From a virus: a stretch of DNA of 39,675 nt. The stretch lies in the IMG/VR virus record IMGVR_UViG_3300045988_038155, one strand, 5' to 3'. The translations under genes were made by a program, and so were the position numbers. Below, piece by piece: positions 7,288-15,250 of the stretch (within the stretch, counting starts at the first letter, position 1; every line of letters starts with the position of its first letter). Under the pieces are notes generated by a model. That model ran no database searches, was not told the DNA's origin, and saw nothing but the letters and a program-made list of their open reading frames with translations.

Positions 7288-7530
7288 ATGAAAAAAATTA
7301 TTGTTGGTGTAGCGTCCGTATTGGCAAGCGCTTTGCTGATGGCCGGATGCAATAAGCAGGTTATTGACCTGACCTATGAATACAGCTGGGCACAGCTTAA
7401 AATGCCAGATGGAACGATTGTCGAGGGGAGATTAAACAGTTGGGACGATTACGAGGGCGACCAGCTGCAAGTGAAGATTGACGGCGTGACCTATCTGGTT
7501 CATTCGTCCAATGTTGTGCTGAGACATTGA
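7288..7530 (+). CDS. Lipoprotein (80 aa)
   Basis: AAAGGAGAA RBS. Signal plus lipobox LLMAG|C. Confidence 0.8.
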   Translation: MKKIIVGVASVLASALLMAGCNKQVIDLTYEYSWAQLKMPDGTIVEGRLNSWDDYEGDQLQVKIDGVTYLVHSSNVVLRH

Positions 7531-7546
7531 TAGAAAGGAGGACGCC

Positions 7547-7786
7547 ATGCAGAAGCCGAGTCTTACGATAGGCGAATGCGTCCAGATCCTTCGGGACAAC
7601 AACATCTCAAAGACCGAAAAGGTCTTGGGAGCACAGATCCAGGCGGGGCTGTTTACCAGCTGGGCGATTCCTTCCGTAGGAACAAAAGAGCCCTGCCCGG
7701 ACATCTCCCGCGCCGGTTTTATGGCGTGGGTGAAGGACTTTTACAAACTCGAAAAGGTTTATACAAAGGAGGAACCAAGAGAATGA
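7547..7786 (+). CDS. Hypothetical protein
   Basis: AAAGGAGGA RBS. Compact operon spacing. Confidence 0.7.
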   Translation: MQKPSLTIGECVQILRDNNISKTEKVLGAQIQAGLFTSWAIPSVGTKEPCPDISRAGFMAWVKDFYKLEKVYTKEEPRE

Positions 7787-8088
7787 GACTCAAATCGTTC
7801 GCCGCCGCCGGCACGGTAGGTCTGCTGGCTATTATCGGCGCGGTGCAGGCGGTGCGTTGGGCCTGCTCCTGGCTGGCCGTTGCACTGGTTTGCTGGGGCG
7901 GCTGGGACATCGCCGAGGCTGCGTATGCCGCGCCTTGGATTATTGTTGCATCTACTGCCGGGCTGGCGATGTCGTTTTATGGGATGTATGAGGACAACAA
8001 ACGGTATAAGCGCAGCGGTTACAGCAAAATCGTCCGCAACCATGCCCGGAACCCGGAGTATCCGCAGGATGAGGAGAAGGGCGCATGA
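7783..8088 (+). CDS. Membrane protein (about 3 TM)
   Basis: AAGGAGGAA RBS and ATGA overlap. Hydrophobic segments. Confidence 0.7.
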   Translation: MRLKSFAAAGTVGLLAIIGAVQAVRWACSWLAVALVCWGGWDIAEAAYAAPWIIVASTAGLAMSFYGMYEDNKRYKRSGYSKIVRNHARNPEYPQDEEKGA

Positions 8089-8279
8089 AGCTGGAAGAGC
8101 TGATTCGGCAGCAGGCCGAAGAGCACCTTAAAACAGCCACACGGCTTGCAACGGAGTCCGCGCTCACGGGAGACATCTGGCTGCGGGTCATCTGCCGGGA
8201 AAAATCAGAGGTCTATAGCGCGGCAGCAGATGGGCTGCTCACAGCCCTCCACGATGCGGAGGACGTCGCGCATGGCTGA
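8085..8279 (+). CDS. Hypothetical protein
   Basis: ATGA overlap with the upstream gene. GAGGAGAAGG RBS. Confidence 0.6.
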   Translation: MKLEELIRQQAEEHLKTATRLATESALTGDIWLRVICREKSEVYSAAADGLLTALHDAEDVAHG

Positions 8280-8550
8280 TTACATCCACTATGTCACATG
8301 GTACACCGTGTACAGCGCCAAGACCGGCGAGGTAGTGGCCGCGGGAACGTCCGCCATGTGCGCTGCGAAGCTTGGATACAAGACCGCCAACAGCTTTGTG
8401 TCTTCCGTTGGACACCGACGCCATGAAAAAAAGCATCCGCACAAGTACATTTTTGAGCAGGAGCGCATTGATCGTGCGGAGGTCGACTGTCTCCCTCCGC
8501 TTCGCCGTTACTGCAAAAAGACGAAAAGGGAACAGGAATATGAACGGTAG
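8272..8550 (+). CDS. Hypothetical protein
   Basis: GGAGGA lies upstream of ATG 8272. Overlapping operon arrangement. Confidence 0.6.
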   Translation: MADYIHYVTWYTVYSAKTGEVVAAGTSAMCAAKLGYKTANSFVSSVGHRRHEKKHPHKYIFEQERIDRAEVDCLPPLRRYCKKTKREQEYER

Positions 8551-8800
8551 ATATATGCGAGCCGCAGAGATTCGCTGGCATAATCGTCAGCCGGAGCGGC
8601 TGCGGCACATCCACCAGAAGAAGGAGAAGAAAAAGGTGAGCACGGTACAGATCTTTGACGCGGATTTGCGTTTTGTCAACGAAATCCCCATGCCGAACAC
8701 GCTGGCGGGCATCCAGTACGCCGACCAGCTGGCAGCAGAAAAGCCGGGCCGTCTGTACGTCGTTATGGACGAGCACCGGCAGAAGGTTTACCAGAGGTGA
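8540..8800 (+). CDS. Hypothetical protein
   Basis: ATG 8540 in operon context. Basic N-terminus. Confidence 0.55.
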   Translation: MNGRYMRAAEIRWHNRQPERLRHIHQKKEKKKVSTVQIFDADLRFVNEIPMPNTLAGIQYADQLAAEKPGRLYVVMDEHRQKVYQR

Positions 8801-8805
8801 CGTAC

Positions 8806-9252
8806 ATGACTTTAGAGCAAAAGGAACGCCGCAAAGCGGTTCTGCGGTATGCAGTCAGCGTCCCTGAATGGAATCTTGCGCTCAAGCATCGGGCAGCAAC
8901 AGAGCTTACGAAATGCGCAAGCCTCTTGATGAGCGTAAGCCAGATGATGCTTGCTACCGACGCGGAAGACCGTTTTTATCCGGACAGATTAGATTATGGA
9001 ATGTCTCCGACGGGATATGCAAAAGCCATTTCGGATGCAGAGTACAGCCTCGGCGCAGCCGCTTCGGCGCTGGAAACCGTAGTTGCTTTGGCAGATGAGT
9101 CAAACGCCTTCCCGCTTATCAGCTCCACCCAGACCGGCGGGTTAGATGACGCGATGGGAAACATTGAGGCGGCCTACAATTCTGGTCTTGGGTGGCTGGC
9201 AGATCTGTGCCGGGTACACGGGATGGATGAGGTGACATACAATCATGGATAA
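8806..9252 (+). CDS. Hypothetical protein
   Basis: GAGGTGA lies 6 nt upstream of ATG 8806. Confidence 0.65.
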   Translation: MTLEQKERRKAVLRYAVSVPEWNLALKHRAATELTKCASLLMSVSQMMLATDAEDRFYPDRLDYGMSPTGYAKAISDAEYSLGAAASALETVVALADESNAFPLISSTQTGGLDDAMGNIEAAYNSGLGWLADLCRVHGMDEVTYNHG

Positions 9253-9862
9253 AATGACCATTTACGAGCAGTGCCGGGAAGTCCCAAAAGACGCCCAGAA
9301 GCCTATCGCAGCGGGCCGCCTGAAGGGCAAGACCGACATTAACCCCATGTGGCGCATCAAGAAGCTGACTGAGCTTTTTGGCCCGGCTGGTACGGGCTGG
9401 AAGTTCGACCCGCCGGTGTTCGAGGAAAAGACCGGAGCAAAGGGCGAAGTTGTCGTGCAGTGCTTTACGAATTTGTACGTCAGGCAGGATGATGGGGAAG
9501 CGTGGAGCGCCCCCATCCCCGGAGTGGGCGGCTCTATGCTGATTGCGTTGGAGTCAACGGGGCTCCGAACGGATGATGACGCTTACAAAAAAGCGTATAC
9601 GGATGCACAGAGCGTGGCCTGCAAGGCGCTTGGAATCGGCGCGAATGTGTACTGGAAAGATGAATCCACCCCGCCTCCGGCCACTCCCGCCCCGGTGTGC
9701 GCCTGCTGCGGAAAGAAAATCATCGGCATCAAAACCAAGGACGGAAAAAAGATGACTGCTGAGCAGGCAGCGGAACGAAGCAAGGCAAAATATGGGCGTA
9801 TACTCTGCGTAGAATGCGCAAAGAAACAGCCGAAAGAAGATGGAGGAATGTCTCATGCTTAA
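9245..9862 (+). CDS. Rad52/Sak-like single-strand annealing protein with C-terminal zinc-ribbon
   Basis: LTELFGPAGTGW and AYKKAYTDAQSVACKALGIGANVYW resemble Rad52-family motifs. CACCGKK...CVEC at the C-terminus. Lies directly upstream of ssb. Confidence 0.55.
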   Translation: MDKMTIYEQCREVPKDAQKPIAAGRLKGKTDINPMWRIKKLTELFGPAGTGWKFDPPVFEEKTGAKGEVVVQCFTNLYVRQDDGEAWSAPIPGVGGSMLIALESTGLRTDDDAYKKAYTDAQSVACKALGIGANVYWKDESTPPPATPAPVCACCGKKIIGIKTKDGKKMTAEQAAERSKAKYGRILCVECAKKQPKEDGGMSHA

Positions 9863-10343
9863 CATCGTAGCATTGATGGGTCGTCTGGTCTACGACCCGG
9901 AGCTCAAGACCACCCAGAACGGCACCAACGTGTGCAGCTTCCGCATCGCGGTTGACCGCAGCTTTGCCCGGCAGGGCGAAGAGCGCAAGGCCGATTTTAT
10001 CGACGTCACCGCATGGCGGCAGACCGCCGAGTTCGTCTGTAAGTATTTCCAGAAGGGCAGCATGATCGCAGTCGAAGGCAGCTTGCAGACCCGTCAGTAC
10101 CAGGACAAGAACGGCAACAACCGCACGGCTACCGAGGTTCTTGCGTCGCAGGTGAGCTTTTGCGGCGGAAAGGCCGCAGAGAAGCCCGCTGTGCGCGATT
10201 TCGACCAGCAGACGGAAAATCATGTGCGCGAAGCAAACGCCGCTTACAGCACATCGCAGAAGCCTCAGAGCGTACCGGAGTATTCGCAGGGCAGCGCAGA
10301 CGACTTTTCAGTCATCGACGACTCGGAGGACTTGCCGTTCTAA
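9855..10343 (+). CDS. ssb: Single-stranded DNA-binding protein
   Basis: MLNIVALMGRLVYDPELK OB-fold N-terminus. Acidic tail DDSEDLPF. Confidence 0.9.
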   Translation: MLNIVALMGRLVYDPELKTTQNGTNVCSFRIAVDRSFARQGEERKADFIDVTAWRQTAEFVCKYFQKGSMIAVEGSLQTRQYQDKNGNNRTATEVLASQVSFCGGKAAEKPAVRDFDQQTENHVREANAAYSTSQKPQSVPEYSQGSADDFSVIDDSEDLPF

Positions 10344-10393
10344 GCCGAGAGCTGCGCTATCGGGCTATACGGGCGCGCAAAGGAGGTGATTGA

Positions 10394-11128
10394 GTGGCAC
10401 AGGACGATAAAAAGTCATTTGTGGCGTATCTGAGCTGGTTCGATGCGCTGGAAGAATACTCCGACGCAGAGGTTGGGCAGTTGATGCGAGCTCTTGCACG
10501 GTATGCCAAAACCGGAGAAGAGCCTGAATTTTCAGACCGTGGGATGCGGGGCAACTGGAAATTTATGTGCAGCGACGTAAAACGGGCGTCTGAAAAATGG
10601 GATGAAACCCGCAAGAAACGCAGCAACGCCGGAAAACGCGGTATGGCAAAGCGCTGGGGAAAGCCTGACGACATAACAAAAATAACAAACGATAACAATG
10701 TTAATGACGACATAACAAAAATAACTGTAGATGTAGATGTAAATGGAGATGTAGATGTAGATGGGGATGTAGATGTTGTAAAGCGCGATAACACCGCCGC
10801 CGTTGATATGGAGTTATCAAAAATCGTCCAGCATTACCAACGTGCTATCGGCGACTTCCCGCGTTCGGCGCTGGAAAAACTGCAAAAATGGCGGCAGGAG
10901 TACAGCACGGAAATGATTTTGCTGGCGATCGACAAGGCCGCAGAGGCTGGGAAACGCTCGTGGAACTACATCAACGGCATCCTGTCTGGCTGGCAGCGGG
11001 ACAGGATACGCACCCCGGGGGACGTGGCAGCGAATGAGCAGCGCCGACAAGATCAGCCTCGCGGGAAACAAGCCACAGAAAGCACCGCAGAAGCATACGC
11101 AAATATTTTCAAGGGGGTGAAACCGTGA
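10394..11128 (+). CDS. Replisome organizer / DnaD-domain replication protein
   Basis: C-terminal AIDKAAEAGKRSWNYINGILSGWQRDRIRT is a DnaD/DnaB_2-like motif. The gene contains iterons. Confidence 0.7.
   Translation: MAQDDKKSFVAYLSWFDALEEYSDAEVGQLMRALARYAKTGEEPEFSDRGMRGNWKFMCSDVKRASEKWDETRKKRSNAGKRGMAKRWGKPDDITKITNDNNVNDDITKITVDVDVNGDVDVDGDVDVVKRDNTAAVDMELSKIVQHYQRAIGDFPRSALEKLQKWRQEYSTEMILLAIDKAAEAGKRSWNYINGILSGWQRDRIRTPGDVAANEQRRQDQPRGKQATESTAEAYANIFKGVKP
10667..10780 (+). repeat. Iteron cluster inside the replisome-organizer gene (candidate ori)
   Basis: 20-bp GACGACATAACAAAAATAAC at 10667-10686 and 10706-10725, followed by (GATGTA)n-type repeats at 10727-10780. Local AT-rich island. Confidence 0.6.
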
Positions 11129-11463
11129 CAGTGGAGATGATGACAAAGCTCCTTGCGGACGCTGAAGCCTATTTTGGACGGCCTCAGACCGCAGAGAACC
11201 GCGCAAGTATCGCGGAGATCTGGGCGAACTCATCGCTCAAGGATGTGCCGGATAAGATGGCCTATAAGACATTCCACGAGGTGATTTCGGAGTGCAGCTG
11301 GCAGAGCCAGCTGCTCCCGGCGTGGAAAAAGGCCGTCGAAAAGGCCCAGGGTGAGCAGATGCTGGCGAAGCACTGCCTTGCTGCCCGCACCCGGATGCTC
11401 AAGTCCAGGAAAGAAAGAAAGCTTCTTGGGCAGGCAAACCAGAACGGAGGACGAAATGCCTAG
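11125..11463 (+). CDS. Hypothetical protein (replication module)
   Basis: GTGA overlap. AAGGGGGTGA RBS. Confidence 0.6.
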   Translation: MTVEMMTKLLADAEAYFGRPQTAENRASIAEIWANSSLKDVPDKMAYKTFHEVISECSWQSQLLPAWKKAVEKAQGEQMLAKHCLAARTRMLKSRKERKLLGQANQNGGRNA

Positions 11464-11650
11464 ATACAAAGTCATCGTAGAGTGCAGCGGCCCGCACGGG
11501 AACGCGGCGCTTACATACCGCATCAACGCCGCGAGTCAGTTTGCGGCAGAGTTCCGGGCCTGTCAGCTGGCGGGCGACCATTACCCCGAATATCGGGACA
11601 TCAAACCGGTGAGAACGGAGGTGCTGAAAAATGACGATGACGCCGTGTAA
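11456..11650 (+). CDS. Hypothetical protein
   Basis: GGAGGA RBS before ATG 11456. Confidence 0.6.
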   Translation: MPRYKVIVECSGPHGNAALTYRINAASQFAAEFRACQLAGDHYPEYRDIKPVRTEVLKNDDDAV

Positions 11651-11849
11651 AGACTGCCCCGCACGGCACCCGGTATGCCACGACAGCTGCCTCAAGTACG
11701 CCGAGTTCAAGCGCCAACGCGGCGCAGAAGCCGCTTACACCCGAGAGATGCTGGACACAGGCAAGGTCTACCACTACGACCACGAAGACCGCCACCGGGA
11801 ACGAGGCCGCAAGAAGTACATGGGAGCGAACGGAGGAGCGGACAGATGA
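11631..11849 (+). CDS. Cys-rich small protein
   Basis: GGAGGTG RBS. Motif CKDCPARHPVCHDSC. Confidence 0.6.
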   Translation: MTMTPCKDCPARHPVCHDSCLKYAEFKRQRGAEAAYTREMLDTGKVYHYDHEDRHRERGRKKYMGANGGADR

Positions 11850-12472
11850 AAGTGCTTATCGCCTGCGAAGAATCGCAGGAAGTTTGCAAGGCATTTCGGG
11901 CAAAAGGTCACGAAGCCTACTCCTGCGATATTCAGGAGCCGTCCGGCGGACATCCTGAGTGGCACATTCTCGGGGATGCGCTCAAGGCCATTGAGGGTGG
12001 GCAAATCGTAACGATGGACGGCGTGGCGCATGAAGTCGGAAAGTGGGATTTGCTCATTGCACACCCGCCCTGCACACACCTGGCTGTTTCTGGTGCGCGG
12101 TGGTTCACGGAGGGAAAAAAACCACTCAGCTTACGATATGAAGCTGCTGCGTTTTTTATGAAATTTGTAGAAGCGAATATCCCGCAAATCGCAGTAGAAA
12201 ACCCCGTGTGCGTGATGTCTACGCTATACCGAAAGCCGGATCAAGTTATTAATCCCTGGCAATTTGGACACCCGGAGCAAAAGAGAACCTGCTTGTGGCT
12301 TAAAAATCTTTCCATCTTGGAAGAAACTGATAATGTGTACGACTACATGACGACGTTACCGCCGAAACTGCGAGAAAAGAATCATTGGATGGGAAGCGGC
12401 CACGCAAAGGAACGGAGCAAAACTTTTCCAGGCATTGCAAAAGCAATGGCTGAACAGTGGGGTGAGCTATGA
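11846..12472 (+). CDS. Short DNA cytosine-C5 methyltransferase-like protein
   Basis: AHPPCT (PC motif IV-like) and AVENPV (ENV motif VI-like). ATGA overlap. Confidence 0.5.
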   Translation: MKVLIACEESQEVCKAFRAKGHEAYSCDIQEPSGGHPEWHILGDALKAIEGGQIVTMDGVAHEVGKWDLLIAHPPCTHLAVSGARWFTEGKKPLSLRYEAAAFFMKFVEANIPQIAVENPVCVMSTLYRKPDQVINPWQFGHPEQKRTCLWLKNLSILEETDNVYDYMTTLPPKLREKNHWMGSGHAKERSKTFPGIAKAMAEQWGEL

Positions 12473-12849
12473 TGCACCTGACCCTCTACGGCGAACCACG
12501 CACCAAGAAAAACTCTGCCCGCATTCTCCGCACGCGCGCTGGTACCCCATTTGTGGCTCCCAGCAAGGCCTACGTGGATTATGAGACCGACTGCCTGCGG
12601 AAAATCAAAAGGCCACGCAGCCCCATCTCTGCCCGTGTGAACGTGCGGTGCGTCTACTACATGAAGACCGCCCGCCGAGTCGATCTGGCAAACCTCATCG
12701 AGGCAACCACAGACATCCTGGTAAAAGCCCGCGTGCTGGAGGACGACAACAGCAAGATCGTCGCCGCCCACGACGGCAGCCGGGTGGAGCTTGACCGGAA
12801 AAACCCGAGGGCGGAAATCGAGATTGAAGAAATGGAGGACGATACATGA
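12469..12849 (+). CDS. rusA: RusA-family Holliday junction resolvase
   Basis: LYGEPRTKKNS...VDLANLIEATTDILVKARVLEDDNSKIV is the typical RusA pattern. Confidence 0.75.
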   Translation: MMHLTLYGEPRTKKNSARILRTRAGTPFVAPSKAYVDYETDCLRKIKRPRSPISARVNVRCVYYMKTARRVDLANLIEATTDILVKARVLEDDNSKIVAAHDGSRVELDRKNPRAEIEIEEMEDDT

Positions 12850-13550
12850 TGTTTGTGTTAAACAAATGCTATAACATGGACTGCATGGAAGCAATGAAAG
12901 AGTTCCGGGACGATTTCTTTGATCTTGCTGTGGTAGACCCGCCGTATTTTTCGGGGCCTGAACGCAGAGGATTCTACGGGTCAAAAATCAGCAAGATTGG
13001 AGTACATCGTGACTATCCGGTTTCGCCGGAATGGACGAAGCCGGGAAAGGAATACTTCGACGAGCTGCGCCGGGTAAGCCGACACTACATTGTATGGGGC
13101 TGCAACTACTTCGATTATAGTTTTGCATCCGGTCGGATCGTGTGGGACAAGTGCAATGGAAAATCGAGTTTCTCAGACTGTGAGATCGCGGCGACGGATT
13201 TGTTCTCTAGTGTTCGGCTGTTTCGGTATATGTGGTCTGGAATGATGCAAGGTAAGAGCATCACAGAAGGACATATCATGCAGGGCAATAAAAGCCTGAA
13301 CGAGAAAAGAATCCATCCAACACAGAAACCAGTTGCGCTGTATGATTGGATCTTCAAAAACTACGCAAAGCCTGGACAAAAGGTGCTAGATACTCACCTT
13401 GGCAGCGGAAGTAGCAGAATTGCCGCTTATGAAGCCGGAATTGACTTTATCGGGTTTGAAATTGACAGTTCCTGTTTTCACATGGAAGAAGAGAGGTTTG
13501 CGGAGCGCACAAGTCAAATGAGCCTACTACACATTGAGGAGGGAAAGTGA
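12846..13550 (+). CDS. DNA N6-adenine/N4-cytosine methyltransferase (beta class, DPPY)
   Basis: VVDPPYF, HPTQKP and DTHLGSGSS motifs. Confidence 0.85.
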   Translation: MMFVLNKCYNMDCMEAMKEFRDDFFDLAVVDPPYFSGPERRGFYGSKISKIGVHRDYPVSPEWTKPGKEYFDELRRVSRHYIVWGCNYFDYSFASGRIVWDKCNGKSSFSDCEIAATDLFSSVRLFRYMWSGMMQGKSITEGHIMQGNKSLNEKRIHPTQKPVALYDWIFKNYAKPGQKVLDTHLGSGSSRIAAYEAGIDFIGFEIDSSCFHMEEERFAERTSQMSLLHIEEGK

Positions 13551-14071
13551 TGATCCGTACATGGACACCTGAGAGCGAGACGCCGACACCACCGGGCGCG
13601 GTGGATTACCGCACCGTCAAGGCGTGGTTTCAGCAGTGCCGCGACCTTGCGGCAGCTATCGAAGTCCAAAAGCAAAAAATACAGCGCATCCGGGACGCGG
13701 CAGAAAAATGCACCCAGAGCCTGAGCGGGATGCCTGCGGGTGGTGGCAATGGGGACAAGGTGGGCTTCGCCGTAGAGCAGCTGGACACCGAACGCCGACA
13801 GCTTCAGAGGATGGAGACGGACCTGTGCAATCTGCGTGTCGAGGCCACCCGGCGGGCATACTGCCTGATAGCCGAGCCGGAATGTGCCGAATCGATTTGC
13901 GAGCACTATGTCATAGGAAAATCTCACAAGGAAATCGCAAAAGAAGTCGGCGTGTGCGGGGCAGATGTGGTCTACCGGCGAATCAAACGCGGATGTATGG
14001 CCCTGGCCGAGATATGGGACGAGTTTTCTGACGTGCAAAGTGTACAACATGCACAAGAAAACACAGCGTGA
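13547..14071 (+). CDS. Late-gene transcriptional activator candidate (sigma-70 region-4-like HTH, RinA/ArpU-type position)
   Basis: C-terminal KSHKEIAKEVGVCGADVVYRRIKRG HTH. Last gene before the packaging module. The start is GTG 13547 or ATG 13550. Confidence 0.55.
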   Translation: MMIRTWTPESETPTPPGAVDYRTVKAWFQQCRDLAAAIEVQKQKIQRIRDAAEKCTQSLSGMPAGGGNGDKVGFAVEQLDTERRQLQRMETDLCNLRVEATRRAYCLIAEPECAESICEHYVIGKSHKEIAKEVGVCGADVVYRRIKRGCMALAEIWDEFSDVQSVQHAQENTA

Positions 14072-14242
14072 TTTTGGAAGGGGTCAGCTCTTTTCAAGTC
14101 TGCAAGCTTGGATGTAAAATTCTAATAAGCGGTTCAGCGCTAAGCGGTAGCCGCTTGCCACGCAGCCTCCAGAACGGTCCTTCCTTGTGATAGGTTTTCA
14201 TGCTTTCCTGTTCTCCTTCACCGTTTTGCGGGCTGCTTCTAT

Positions 14243-14310
14243 GCGAGGTTTGGGAAGCCACATAACGGGGCTGGCAGTTTTGTGGAACGGTTCGACTCCG
14301 TAACCTCGCA
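14243..14310 (+). ncRNA. tRNA-like element (acceptor stem plus T arm, no normal D/anticodon arms)
   Basis: GCGAGGT(T) pairs with (A)ACCTCGC. T arm ACGG-TTCGACT-CCGT. Followed by A-CC. The interior is too short for a cloverleaf. Confidence 0.25.
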
Positions 14311-14430
14311 CCGTATGGCGCATGGACTCATCCCCCACAAAGCTGCACGCTTAACCTCCCGTGCCACGAGAGAAAGCTTTGAATCCCCGAGGGTGTGGGT
14401 AGACTTCCCGACGGGATGTGCGTCAAACAA

Positions 14431-14460
14431 CAGCCCTGGTTCTCCGCCAGGGCTGTTTTA
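14431..14460 (+). terminator. Strong intrinsic terminator
   Basis: Perfect 9-bp stem CAGCCCTGG/CCAGGGCTG, 7-nt loop, then TTTT. Confidence 0.8.
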
Positions 14461-14540
14461 TATGGCTGCCTGAGCGCAGTACGGAGCGCGTGTCAGCTGA
14501 GATATTGCTGGCTGGTTCGAGTCCAAGGGCGGTGTTTTAT

Positions 14541-14613
14541 ACTCCGGTAGCTCAAGTGGTAGAGCGGCGGTCTCCAAAACCGCATGTTGCAGGTTCGAGT
14601 CCTGCCGGGAGTG
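14541..14613 (+). tRNA. tRNA-Trp(CCA)
   Basis: Full cloverleaf. D stem GCTC/GAGC. Anticodon stem GCGGT/ACCGC with loop CTCCAAA. T arm GCAGG-TTCGAGT-CCTGC. Acceptor has one G-G mismatch. No encoded CCA. Confidence 0.8.
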
Positions 14614-14726
14614 CTTGCATGATCTGACGAGAGCGGGGAGTGCAATAGCGGGGCATCCGGCCGCGAAAGTTCTGGACGCAGAGGCTTTGAACCCGACAAG
14701 CAAGGCCTCTTATTTTGATATTCTGA

Positions 14727-14757
14727 CCGTTCGGATTTTCCGGGCGGTTTTTCTTTT
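14727..14757 (+). terminator. Intrinsic terminator immediately upstream of terS
   Basis: CCGTTCGG/CCGGGCGG (8 bp including 2 G-U), loop ATTTT, then TTTTTCTTTT. Confidence 0.6.
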
Positions 14758-14782
14758 GTCTGAGTTTAGAGAGGTGGTGGCG

Positions 14783-15250
14783 GTGGGCGCACGGCGGCTG
14801 ACAGATAAGCAAAAAAAGAAGATCGTTGCGGACTATGTGCAGCTCCAGAGCTACCGTGCAACCGCAAAGCTGAATGATGTTTCAGACGCGACCGTTAAGA
14901 AAGTCGTAAAGGAAGACCCGGAGAGTGCGCACTTGTGCGCACAAAAAAAGCGGGAAAACTCGAAGGACATGCTTTCTTACATGGAGAGCAAGCAAGGAGA
15001 AGCACAAGAGCTTCTCGGGCTGTACCTGAAGGCGATGGCTGACCCAGACAAGATCGCGGAAGCAACACTGCCACAGCTGTCCACGGCGTTCGGCACCATC
15101 GTGGACAAGTTTGCTATGCTGGGAGACCAGAGCGGCATAGAAGTCCCGGACGATGGCCTGCTTGAGGCACTGAACGCCGCCGCAGACCTCAGCCCCCCGG
15201 ATGACGTGGAAATGCTGCCGGAGGAAGAGAACGACGATGCGGAAAAGTAA
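14783..15250 (+). CDS. terS: Terminase small subunit
   Basis: N-terminal HTH LTDKQKKKIVADYVQLQSYRATAKLNDVSDATVKKVV and acidic C-terminus. Overlaps terL. The start is uncertain (GTG 14774, 14777 or 14783). Confidence 0.7.
   Translation: MGARRLTDKQKKKIVADYVQLQSYRATAKLNDVSDATVKKVVKEDPESAHLCAQKKRENSKDMLSYMESKQGEAQELLGLYLKAMADPDKIAEATLPQLSTAFGTIVDKFAMLGDQSGIEVPDDGLLEALNAAADLSPPDDVEMLPEEENDDAEK

Noticed and set aside
6787-7352. Three mutually overlapping reverse-strand ORFs (151, 145 and 121 aa).
   Set aside because: They are open in all three reverse frames only because the reverse strand is pyrimidine-rich and lacks stop codons. The translations are repetitive (LCH, ALP and AMPLL strings) and have no RBS. 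The region is treated as non-coding low-complexity DNA.
14094-14201. 35-aa reverse-strand ORF with a GAAGGAGAA RBS (MKTYHKEGPFWRLRGKRLPLSAEPLIRILHPSLQT).
   Set aside because: It is the only reverse-oriented ORF in a 30-kb forward block, it is very short, and it overlaps hairpin-forming sequence. It cannot be excluded, but the support is insufficient.
14282-14473. 63-aa forward ORF in the tRNA/leader region.
   Set aside because: No RBS at GTG 14282 or ATG 14315. It reads straight through a tRNA-like T arm and a perfect terminator hairpin.
14463-14535. A second full tRNA immediately upstream of tRNA-Trp.
   Set aside because: Only a T-loop (GGTTCGAGTCC) and an acceptor-like 3' strand are present. 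The T stem pairs at 3 of 5 positions, and no complementary 5' acceptor strand or anticodon stem could be drawn.
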